Positions 48,297 to 59,052 of a DNA stretch of 64,000 nt are shown piece after piece (positions within the stretch are counted from its first letter, which is position 1; every line of letters starts with the position of its first letter). The translations under genes and the position numbers were made by a program. Origin of the DNA: Scyliorhinus canicula. Taxonomy: Eukaryota. The notes under the pieces are model-generated. The model was not told the origin of the DNA and made no database searches. It worked only from the letters and a program-made list of their open reading frames with translations. The stretch covers positions 124,001-188,000 of the forward strand of contig NW_024055740.1 in assembly GCF_902713615.1 (NCBI RefSeq), written 5' to 3'.

Positions 48297-50115
48297 AGCC
48301 CGACATAAATTCCGCTACCTGGGGATCCAAATAGCCCATGACTGGAAAGGGATCCACAAATGGAACCTCACCAGCCTGGCGGAGGAAGTAAAAAAGGACC
48401 TGCAAAGATGGAACACACTCCCACTCTCCCTCGCAGGAAGAGTCCAGACGATCAAAATGAACGTATTGCCCAGGTTCCTCTTCCTGTTTAGATCCATTCC
48501 GATCTACATCCCCAAGGCCTTCTTCATAGCGCTGGACAAACTTATCATGGCGTTCGTATGGGGGGGGTAAAAATGCTAGGATCCCAAAGAAGGTCCTACA
48601 GAAAACAAAATCCAGGGGGGGGCTAGCCCTCCCGAATCTACAATTCTACCACTGGGCGGCAACAGCCGAGCGAGTAAGGGGATGGATCCAGGAGCCAGAA
48701 GCCGAGTGGGTGCGTGCGGAGGAGGCCTCCTGCATGGGGACCTCCCTCCGGGCCCTCGCCACGGCAGCACTCCCATCCCCACCCAAAAAACACTCCAGCA
48801 GCCCAGTGGTGACAGCCACCCTCCAATCCTGGAACCAACTGCGGCAGCAATTTGGCCTGAACAAAATGTCGGACAAGGCTCCCATCTGCAACAACCATAG
48901 GTTCAAACCAGCACTGACTGACGCCACCTTCAAAAGGTGGAGACAGGACAGGGGGACACTGACAGTCAGGGACCTATACACGGACGACAGGATCGCAACA
49001 CCGGACGAACTGACAGAGAAATTTCAGCTAGCTGGGGGGAACGAGCTACGGTACCTGCAGCTCAAAAACTTCCTACGAAAGGAGACAAGGACGTACCCAC
49101 AACCGCCACGACAGACACTACTGGAAGACCTACTGGACGCAAGTATCCTAGAGAAAGGGAACTGTAGTGACATGTATGGCCGACTGGTAGATAGGGACGA
49201 CACCGTACTGGACGCAACAAGAAGGAAATGGGAGGACGACCTGGGGATGGAGATAGGGTGGGGACTCTGGAGCGAAGCACTGCATAGGGTCAACTCCACC
49301 TCCACGTGCGCAAGGCTCAGCCTGACGCAACTAAAAGTGGTACATAGAGCCCACTTAACGAGAAACCGTATGAGTAGGTTCTTCCCGGAGGTGGAGGACA
49401 GATGTGAGCGGTGCCAAAGAGGCCCGGCCAACCACGCCCACATGTTCTGGTCTTGCCCCAGACTTGTGGAATACTGGACAGCCTTCTTCGAGGCTATGTC
49501 CAAAGTGGTGGGGGTGAGGGTGGAGCCATGCCCGATAGTGGCGGTCTTCGGGGTTTCAGACCAGCCAGATCTATTCCTGGGGAGGAGGGTGGACGCCCTT
49601 GCCTTTGCCTCCCTGATCGCCCGCCGTAGAATCCTGTTTGGCTGGCGGTCAACAGCACCGCCCAGAGCTGCAGACTGGCTGTCCGACCTCTCGGATTCTC
49701 TCCAAATGGAGAAAATCAAATTCGCCATCCGAGGGTCGGACGACGGTTTCCACAGAACGTGGGAGCCATTCATGCAATTGTTCCGGGACCTGTTTGTGGC
49801 CAACGGACAAGAGGAAGAATAGTCGGGGGAAGGTAGCCGGCGGGGAGGGGGGGGGGGGGGCTACGGGCTCATTACGGGGGTTTGATGGCTAGCTAAGGCC
49901 CAAAACCAAACTAAATAAATGCCAATAAACATGTTGGGGAATGTAAAATATGTATGCCGGCAAAGAGGGGGAGGTCACAGTTATTACTACGAAGATGCTC
50001 ACCTGTAAATATATATGTTAATTTTTGCGTGTTTTTTTTTCTCTCTCTAACAATTTGTAATTTGTTCAATATAAAACATGAAAACTGAATAAAAAACATT
50101 TATAAAAAAAAAAAA
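48297..50115 (+). mobile_element. Second young L1 copy, 5'-truncated (~1.8 kb), inserted in a SINE tail
   Basis: Near-identical to 44145-42311. 16-bp TSD with one mismatch: ATTATTGTCACAAGTA 48281-48296 / ATTATTGCCACAAGTA 50116-50131. AATAAA at 50088 and poly(A); ORF2 C-terminus at 48710-49822. Confidence 0.97.
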
Positions 50116-50410
50116 ATTATTGCCACAAGTAGGCTGACATTAACACTGCAATGAAGTTACGATGAAAATCCCCCAGTCGTCACACTCCGGCGCCTGTTCG
50201 GGTAGACAGAGTGAGAATTCAGAATGTCCAATTCACCTAACAAGCTCATCTTTCGGGACTTGTGGGTGGAAACCGGAGCACCCGGAAAAACCCCACGCAA
50301 ACACAGAGAGAACATAGACTCCCCACAGACAGTGAACCAAGTGCGAAATCGAACCCAGGTCCCTGGTGCTGTGAAGCAACAGTGCTACCCGCTGTGCTAC
50401 CATGCCACCC
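50116..50410 (-). mobile_element. HE1-head SINE with tail 2 (its extreme 3' end lies at 48270-48296)
   Basis: The sequence resumes across the L1 TSD. Confidence 0.85.
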
Positions 50411-50509
50411 ATAAGATTATTAGATTACTAGCTCTGGACGAATTGTGTCCCAGGATGCTGTGGGACATGAGGGAGAGATTGCAGTGGCTCTGACCCAAAG
50501 TTTTAACCA

Positions 50510-50900
50510 CAAATTAGGCCTGTATTTGCTGGAATTTGGACATTTAGGGTGTGATCTAATTGAAGTATTTAAGATATTAACAGGGAAAGACAGGGTCGAT
50601 AAAGATCACCTATTTCCACTGGTTGGAGATGCTAAAACTAGGGATCATTGTCTAAAAATCAGGGCTGGACCGTTCAGGAGAGATGTTAGGAAGAACTTCT
50701 TCACACACAGGGTGGGAGAGGGTTGGAACTCTCTCCCACAAACAGCAGGTGAAGCTGGAACAGTTGTTAAGTTTAAATGTGAGTTTTGTTGAGCAAAGGT
50801 ATTAATGGATATGGCGTTAGGTCACAGATCAGTCTGATCCCACTAAATGGCAGGACAGACTCGAGGGGCTGAATGGCTTATTCCTGTCCCTATGTGTATT
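50510..50900 (+). mobile_element. CR1 LINE 3' end
   Basis: GDLIEVFKILTGKDRVDKDHLFPLVG...RKNFFTHRVGEGWNSLP. Confidence 0.88.
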
Positions 50901-50989
50901 TCTGTGATTCTGAAATTCAGACAACACCATGACAGGGAAAGAGTCTGGATTAGAACCTGAGTTAGTCCGAGCTGTAAACCATCCCTCCA

Positions 50990-52110
50990 GATCCTGGCCC
51001 TTCATGGATTTAATAAAGGTCAAGGCAATAGTTGGATTATTGAAAGACTTGACGGAGTTGTTGGATACCATTTTTCGGGTCTCAGGATAAAGCCTGACGT
51101 AATTCACTCCCCACAGCCTTGAGCTGCATTTGAACTTCATCGAAGCCTCGATGTTTTGTTTGTGTTGCTGCCGAAAAGTCCTTGAAGAAGTAAATCCTCA
51201 CTCCTTCCTGGAGCTAGGTGCTACCTCGCCGTTCCCTCTCCAGGACATACTTTCAAGTTGTGGAAGCGAATTATTACAGGCCTGGGATGAAAACTATCCC
51301 TCGGACTCAAAGACCAATGCACGTTTCTAATTTGAAACGCCCAGGCTTTACATCCAGCTTGAGAAAACGTGGCAGTCGGTCCTTGAAGAACCTAACGGGA
51401 GTCTTACCCTCCACACTAAATGGACAGAAAATAACATCATTTATGGGCAGCACGGTAGCACAGTGGTTAGCACAGTTGCTTCAATGCTCCAGGGTCCCAG
51501 GTTTGATTCCTGGCTTGGGTCACTGTCTCTCTGGAATCTGCATGTTCTCCCCGTGTCTGCGTAGGTTTACTCCGGGTACTCCGGTTTCTTCCCAGAGATC
51601 AAAGATGTGCAGGTTAGGTAGATTGGCCATGATAAGTTTCCCTTAGTGCCCAAATAAAAGGTTAGGTGGGGTCACTGTGATACGGGGATGGGTTATGGGC
51701 GTGGGTGGTGTGCTGTTTCCAAGGCGTAGACTCAATGGGCCGAGTGATCTCCTGCACTGTAAATTCTATGATGACCATCCGACAGGCCAATGGCTCGGAT
51801 GTTCTTTCTCCGACCCTCGGTCTTCCAAGTCCTCCAGCACCTCCTTGGCTGGTTTTCAAAGGATTGAATACGGAGGCATCTTGCTGAATGTTCAGGATTC
51901 TCTCCACCGGATCATCGAGCCTCTTCATGGTGTTTTGCAACTGGGCCGCATGAGTTCACAGATATTGAGTCAGCACACTCAGCCTCTGGTCAAAACCACG
52001 GATAATGTCGGCAGTCATCATTTTCGCCACCTCCCAGAGAGCCCCGGAGAGTGGGGGGTCGAGAGACCTCCTGAGGGTCAGGCAGCCATGTTGAAAAGGC
52101 GGCTCCATCC
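50990..52110 (-). pseudogene. Old L1 ORF1 relic, interrupted by an HE1 SINE
   Basis: With frameshifts the minus strand gives LEDLEDRG.RKNIRAIGLSD, VEGKTPVRFF, HPRPVIIRFHN, RIYFFKDFS, VNYVRLYP, SFNNP...FI, i.e. the L1 ORF1p RRM/CTD pattern. Confidence 0.7.
51445..51773 (+). mobile_element. HE1-type SINE
   Basis: GGGCAGCACGGTAGCACAGTGGTTAGC head through the GCACTGTAAATTCTATGATGA tail. Confidence 0.9.
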
Positions 52111-52379
52111 CCGCTGAATCCACCTGCGCTGTTTATCGATGATTTCTTCACTTTTTCCAGCATAATCCTACCAGACCAAACCCCGAGTCTTCCAGGAACA
52201 CGATAACAAATATTAATGCAAGGATTAGGTAGATGAGTGCCAGGCAATCAGGATGACTGTCAGATTATAGTTTAGTGGCACCAGAACCTGTGGTAAGGCA
52301 GCTACTCCCCCACCCATATCACATGCCTGACACCCCCCCCCCCCCCCCCCCCCCCCCCCCACAGCCACAGACAGATTTC

Positions 52380-52680
52380 TGATTGAGGTTGTGGAGGGTT
52401 ATGGGGAACTGGCAGGTAAATGGAGAGAAAGCTGAGATGAGATGGGATTTCTTTATTCGAGGATGTGGTGAAGGTTTTGGAATTCTCTACCTCCGAGGAT
52501 TCTAGAGCTTCAGTCATCGAGTATTTTCAAGCCACGGACTGATAGGTTTCTAGATATTCAAGAGGTCAAGGGACATGAAGCTAGCGTGGGAAAATGGTGA
52601 TGAGGTAGATCGGCCAATGATCTCATTGAATGGTTCAGGTTTGATGGGCCGAATGGCTGACTGCAGCTCATATTTGTTCT
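52380..52680 (+). mobile_element. CR1 3' fragment (decayed)
   Basis: TTTGGAATTCTCTACC...GATGGGCCGAATGGC tail. Confidence 0.65.
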
Positions 52681-53278
52681 GATCTCCTGGACAGGAAGCT
52701 GTGAGTTTGGATCTGTCAATCAACATTAATCAGCACCTTCAGGAGAATTGGGAGGGTGAATATTAGATACAGCAGAGTGAGAATGGAGGGAGAGTGTGTG
52801 GGATGGAAATTTGCAGCTTTCGGGGAATAAGAGAGAGAAAAAAATGTGACATAGAAACTAGAATTGTCTGTTTCTACCCTGTACTGACAGTGATGAATTT
52901 TGTAAATTGTTTTTACAGGATATTAGACAAGGAGGAATTACAGACAGAAATCTCAAAAGACACGTCTCGACCTGATAGTCACTCGATTCCTTAGAACCTG
53001 AATATCATCGGCCTTTGAATCAAGAAATGAAATGTTTACCGGAACTGTCAGCTAAAGATTTCAAACATCAGTGTGACTGGAAAAGCACCGAGACCCACAC
53101 AACACACACCCGAGTGAGAGTGTTCCAATGAACTGACTGTGGAAAGAGCTTTAACCAGTTACACAGCCTAAAAAAACATCACACTATTCACAGCGTGTAA
53201 AGACCGTACTCGTGTTGTGTGTGTGGATGAGGCTTCAACTGATCATCCAGTCTAGAGAGACACGAGGAGGCCCAAAAC

Positions 53279-54148
53279 ATGGAGAAACCGTGGAAATGTG
53301 AGGACTGTGGGAAGGGATTCCAAGCCCCATCTCAGGTGGAGATTCATATACGCAGTCACACTGGCGAGAGGCCGTTCACCTGCTCTCGGTGTGGGAAGGG
53401 ATTCACTTAGTTATCCAGCCTGCAGACACACCAGCGAGTTCACACTGGGGAGAGGCCATTCACCTGCTCTCAGTGTGGGAAGGGATTCAGTGATTCATCC
53501 GGCCTGTGGAAGCATCAGCGAGTTCACACTGGGGAGAGGGTGTTCACCTGCTCCCAGTGTGGGAAGGGGTTCACTCAGTTATCCAACCTGCAGTCACACC
53601 AGCGAGTTCACACTGGGGAGAGACCATTCACCTGCTCTCAATGTGGGAAGGGATTCAGTAATTTATTCAATCTGCAGACACATCAGCGAGTTCACACTGG
53701 GGAGAGGCCATTCACCTGCTCTCAGTGTGGGAAAGGATTTACTCACATTTCCCACCTGCGGAGCCACCAGCGAGTTCACACAGGGGAGAGGCCATTCACC
53801 TGCTCCAAGTGTGGGAAAGGATTTAGTCAATTATCCACCCTGCAGACACACCAGCGAGTTCACTCTGGGGAGAGGCCTTTCACCTGCTCTCAGTGTGGGA
53901 AGGGATTCAGTCAGTTAACTCACCTGCAGACACACCAGCGAGTTCAGACTGGGGAGAGGCCATTCACCTGCTCTCGGTGTGGGAAGGGATTCACTCGGTT
54001 AACTCACCTGCAGACACACCAGCGAGTTCACACTGGGGAGAGGCCATTCACCTGCTCCCAGTGTGGGAAAGGATTTACTCAGTTATCCACCCTGCGGAGA
54101 CACCAGCGAGTTCACACTGGGGAGAGACCATTCACCTCTCAATGTTAG
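53279..54148 (+). pseudogene. C2H2 zinc-finger pseudogene (10 fingers; exon acceptor at 52918/52919)
   Basis: [14 protein letters not shown] start, TGERP linkers; in-frame TAG at 53408-53410 (codon 44); H->Q in finger 8; broken 11th finger. Confidence 0.88.
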
Positions 54149-54650
54149 ACGGGACTGCATATTTCACCACACCTGCTGTGACACCAACAATTTCACAATT
54201 GATTACAGGGGTTGGATTCTGCTGTTATTGTTTCTGCTCCGCACCCAGAACTACATTTAGTTCATTCTGACAGGTGGTCAGTGGGGATGGTCGAAGGGTT
54301 TCTTTCTGCTGGACTGGCCGGTCTCACCACTTTGCCTCCAGTGGGCTGATGCTGTTTGAGCTTTGTTGCTAATACCTGGCTTCAAATTGCACAAGGATCT
54401 CAGAGTGAAAGGGTGTTTGGAATTGTGGAGATATTTAGTTTCCATTTCTGTTTGGAATCCCCCCGCCCGCCCGCAAAGCCACGTTGCCATGGAGATGGGC
54501 CCTGGTGGTTACATGGTTCCTTTGTTTAATTTATCTGGATGTCCTCACAGAAGAAAACTATCAGTGTATGAGGGGCAAGTTGTCAGGTTGACTGGGAAAC
54601 TAATTGGTACAGGGACTACCTAATATTTAAGGAATTATTACATATTTATC

Positions 54651-54880
54651 AGGGGGTTGGTTTGCTCAGTTGGCTGGACGGCTGGTTTGTGATGCAGAGC
54701 GAGGCCAACAGAGAGGATTCAACTCCCGTACTGGCTGAGTTTATTCACGAAGCCCCCCCCCCCCCTTCTCAACCAGGCCCCTCGCCTGAGGTGTGCTGAC
54801 CCTCGGATTAAATTACCCTCAGTCAGCTCTCTCTCTGTCAAAGGGGAGAGCAGCCTATGGTCCTCTGGGATTTTTGCAAC
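54651..54880 (+). mobile_element. tRNA-derived SINE (head B + body 3)
   Basis: GCTCAGTTGGCTGGACGGCTGGTTTGTGATGCAGAGCGAGGCCAACAG..., aligns with 32271-32464. Confidence 0.8.
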
Positions 54881-54889
54881 TTTTATTTC

Positions 54890-57680
54890 ACACATATACA
54901 ACAAATATAGATTCCTTTAAGGAACAAAAATCTAACAGGAAAAATGATGTAACCGTGGCTAACAAGGAAAGTTAAAAGATTCCATGAGATCCATTAAAAT
55001 TCAGCAAAGGAGGACCAAGAAACTGATGAGAGCAAACTGGTGAGAAACATAAAAACCGACTGGAAAAGCTTCTACAGGAATGTGAAAAGGAAAAGATTAG
55101 CAAAGACCAATGTGGGTCCATTCCAGGCAGAGACAGGAGAGTTTATAATGGGGAGTAAGGAAATGGCAGAGAAACTAAACAATGTGTGTCTGTCTTCACA
55201 GAGGAAGATACAGAAATTGTCCCCGAAACACCAGAGAACCAAGGAACAGTAAGAGATGAGAATTAGTGAAAAGGTAGCACTGGAGAAATTAATGGGGTTG
55301 AAAGTGAATAAATCCCCAAAAGCTGATGATCTACATCCCAGAGTGTTGAACGAGGTGGCTATAGAGATCTCTATTCTTCATTCTAAATTCTCCTGACTCT
55401 GTCTGGAACAGACAAAACTTTTAACTGAGCCAAACGTTTCCTTTTTACGTAGCCATATAAACTTTTGCAGTCCATTTTGATGTATTTTGCTCGTTCACAT
55501 TCTATTCTATTCTCCCTTTGTCTCTCGGTGTCTTGGTCGAAGAACGGACATAAATCCTCAGGAATGAATCATCACCTTGGACAGGTTCTGAGACAATTAA
55601 GTTTCGACTTATAGGGCCGGGTAACTATAATCGTGGAGTGTGGTTTTAGATTGTGCAAACGGGCAACGTTCTAGTTTATAGTTTAATATGTAGGTTTCCG
55701 AGTTAAAGTAGCTTCTCGTTTGTTTGTTGCATTAAAATCATAAGACTTGAAGTCCCGCCGTGTGATCCTTTAATTTGTTGACTGGGAATTTGATTTTTTT
55801 GAAGACGTTGCTGACCTTTATGGGGGTCCAAATCCACAAGTTTTGTCTTCCTCTTTGAGCCTCGGGCACCTTTCTGTCTCTATTGCTCGTGTCAATGACA
55901 GCCAGGTGATGGAGCTGAGGGCTGAATTTAGCTGAGAATAACGGGGCCTGTTCCCCAGTTGGGAAACTGCCATGGGCGTCGCTAATAGAGACAGGAAGGT
56001 GCTGGAGGACTGACAGGGAACTGGACATCCAACCAATCAGGGTTCGGGGTGAGGGGGGGTGACCGGGGCGAGGGGGGGGTGACCGGGGCTGACGGTGATG
56101 TGACCCCCAGGGTTCAGTGCCCCCGTGTCCAAAGCGGGGAGTCACGGGAACAGGGTACAAAGGAGCTGAAGGGAAACCATTTGGGTCCAGAACATTGTGA
56201 ACATCCTGTTACTCTGGTTGTCTTTGATCCTCAAGTAATTTTCTGTTAGTTTTTTTTTAACCATGTTCTGCTTTATCAATAAACTTTTAACAGTAAACTA
56301 TTTGAATTTGTTGGACTTTTCCTGATTAAATTTGTTCACTTTCGGGAAAGTGGGTGACAGGGGTTGACAGGCTCTTTAACAGAAAGTGAGTCCGTCTAAG
56401 GTAACTGGCAAAGGAACCAGATGGGTAGAGGAAATCTGATTTTTCTTTTGACAGTGATTGAAAATGGGTTCATGAAATCAATCGTGATTGACTAATTTAT
56501 TAAGATTCTTTGAGGAGGTAACAAGGGATGTCAATAAAGGGGAACCTGTAGATGTGCTTTTATCATTTCCCAAGGTGTCACATCAAGTTATTACACAAAG
56601 TAAGAACTCATGGCGTGGGGTCAACATATCAGCATGGATAGAGGATTGGTGGGCGAACAGGAAGCAGCCAGTAGGTATAAATGGGTCATTTCTGGGTGGA
56701 TAAAATTTGACAAGTGGAATGTCACCAGGATCAGTGCTGGGCTCCCAACCATTTACAATCTGTATGAATGTGTTGGATGATGGGATTGAATATCTGCGGC
56801 TAAATTTTCTGATGCCTCAAAGACAGGTCGGACAGCAATTTGTGAAGTGGATTTAAGTACTCTGACTACAAATAGGTTAAGCGGGTGGCAAAAACCTGGC
56901 AGATGGAGCATAACTTTGGAAAATGTGAATTGTCCACTTTGTCAGGAAGTATTAAATAAAACAATATTACTTAAATGGGGAGAGATTGCAGAACTCGGAG
57001 ATACAGAGGGATCGGGTGTCCTGGAATCGCAAGTTAGTCTGCAGGTACACCAAGTGATTAGGAAGGTCAATGGAATATTGTAAATTGCAAAGGAAATGGA
57101 ATATAAAAGTGGGGATGTTTTGCTGCAGTTGTACAGGGCCTTCGTGAGACCATATTTAGAGCACTGTGTACCGTTTGGGTCTCCTTATTTCAGAAATGAG
57201 ATAAGTGCATTAGAAGCAGTAGAGAGATGGTTGACTCTGGATTCCTGGAATGAGGGGGTTATCCTCTGAGGAAAGGTTTGACAGGTTGGGCCTGTATCCA
57301 TTGCAGTTTAGAAGAATGAGAGATGATCTTATTTAAACACAGGAGACGCTGAGTGGAATTGACAGAGAGAATGTTTCCCCTTGTGGCAGAGACTAGAACT
57401 AGGGGACACCATTTACAAATAAGGGGTCTCCCATTTAAGATGCTGATAATTGTGCCCCCTGATGACTGTGGGTTTATGAATCTTTCTTCCCGAGGGCTGG
57501 AGGTGGGGCCATTGAATCTGCTTTAAGGCTGAATTTGATCGATTCTTGATTGACAACAGAATGAAAGGATGGAGAAGGAAAGTGGAGTTGAGACCACAAT
57601 CACATTAGCCCTGATTTCATTGAATGGAGGAGCAGGATCGAGGGGACGAATGGTCGACTCCTGCTCCTAATTTATATTGA
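54890..57680 (+). mobile_element. Decayed CR1 LINE(s), ORF2 linker to 3' end, interrupted at ~55370-56460
   Basis: NIKTDWKSFYRNVKRKRLAKTNVGP; LTNLLRFFEEVT; CAGGATCAGTGCTGGG (QGSVLG); tail CTGCTCCTAATTTAT. Confidence 0.85.
55370..56400. other. Unassigned ~1 kb insert, possibly LTR-derived
   Basis: CCAAT (~56033), two ~20-bp G-rich direct repeats (56051-56090), AATAAA (56277), TAACA end (~56390); no 5' end or TSD identified. Confidence 0.25.
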
Positions 57681-57941
57681 CCCCTAACACCCCCACTTCC
57701 CCAAACTCTGAAATGATTCACAGTGATAGCCCTTATTGGTGGCAGTGGTTAGCTTTTATTCAGTATAAATAAGAGTTGACAGTCTAATGTCTGAGCAGTA
57801 GTATCAAAGTGCAGCAGCATTACCATTACACTCTGGGGAGAAGCACCATTTCCATTGGTTGTTTTAAAGTCAGTTTCTCTCTGGAGTGTGTGTCAATGCT
57901 TTGATGCTGTCACAATATTGTCTCAATCCCTTGGTCACATT

Positions 57942-58515
57942 AACATAGAACATTACAGCGCAGTACAGGCCCTTTGGCCCTCGATGTTGCGCCGTCCTGT
58001 GAAACCCCTCTAAAGTCCCTCTACACTATTCCCTTATCGTCCATATGCCAATCCAATGACCATTTGAATGCGTTTAATGTTGGCGAGTCCACTACTGTTG
58101 CAGGCAGGGCATTCCACGCCCTTACTACTCTCTGAGTAAAGAACCTACCTCTGACATCTGTCCTATATCTATCTCCCCTCAATTTAAAGCTATGTCCCCT
58201 CGTGCTGGACATCACCATCCGAGGAAAAAGGCTCTCACTGTCCACCCTATCTAATCCTCTGATCATCTTGTATGCATCAATTAAGTCACCTCTTAACCTT
58301 CTTCTCTCTAACGAAAACAGCCTCAAGTCCTTCAGCCTTTCCTCATACGATCTTCCCTCCATACCAGGCAACATTCTTGTAAATCTCCTCTGTACCCTTT
58401 CCAATGCTTCTACATCCTTCCTATAATGTGGCGACCAGAACTGCACACAATACTCGAAATGCGGCCACACCAGAGTTTTGTACAACTGCAACATGGCCTC
58501 ATGGTTCCGAAACAC
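57942..58515 (-). mobile_element. Relatively young CR1 (HER1-like) 3' fragment with open frame
   Basis: 164-aa ORF LQLYKTLVWPHFEYCVQFWSPHYRKDVEALERVQRRFTRMLPG...RVVRAWNALP; AACATAGAACAT tail. Confidence 0.92.
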
Positions 58516-59052
58516 AATTCCTCTACCATTTCATCTCCTGCTGTGTCTCAAGTAGCTGTGTGTGTTTGGGACCCGCTCTTCAGCCCATTTCACCGTAAAT
58601 TTACACTTGCTATTTTTCACATGTAACAAATGATATCTACACACTCACACCAGTGTACCAAAATCATGTCACACACTCTTAACTCAGATGTGTTGATGAA
58701 AAGACCAAAGTGAGTGTCCGTCTTTCTTATTTCCCTGTTACAGTGCTGATATTTAACATAGTGGCCGGGCTTTCAAATGTGGATTTCTTTAAAACAAAAT
58801 TCATGGGCAAGGATGGAAATATTTCCAAGAGAAAGTGATCAACTCATTCATCCCATCGACGCATTCCAGACTTTCACTGGAAAGTAGGTGGATACCAGAT
58901 TGAAACATTCCATTCAGACACACCCGTGGTAAAGTATTCCAATTCATTTATTGTCCAGGACAATATATTCACAATATCTTTAAAACAGAAAATAAACGTT
59001 CCTATGTGATTTCAGACATTAACATATTCGGTTTGTTCTTTATGGTCGATGT

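Noticed and set aside
42311-50115. L1 pair as an inverted segmental duplication
   Set aside because: Each copy has its own TSD and truncation point, and the flanks are unrelated.
53074-53242. Conserved in-frame TGA codons in ZNF fingers (one at a Cys position) as selenocysteine or readthrough
   Set aside because: The same region has a TAA shared by both paralogs and a frameshift, one paralog has deleted the Cys-position codon, and no SECIS was identified.
53298-53918. 206-aa alternative-frame ORF over the ZNF pseudogene
   Set aside because: Periodic shadow of the 84-bp finger repeat with no recognisable domain.
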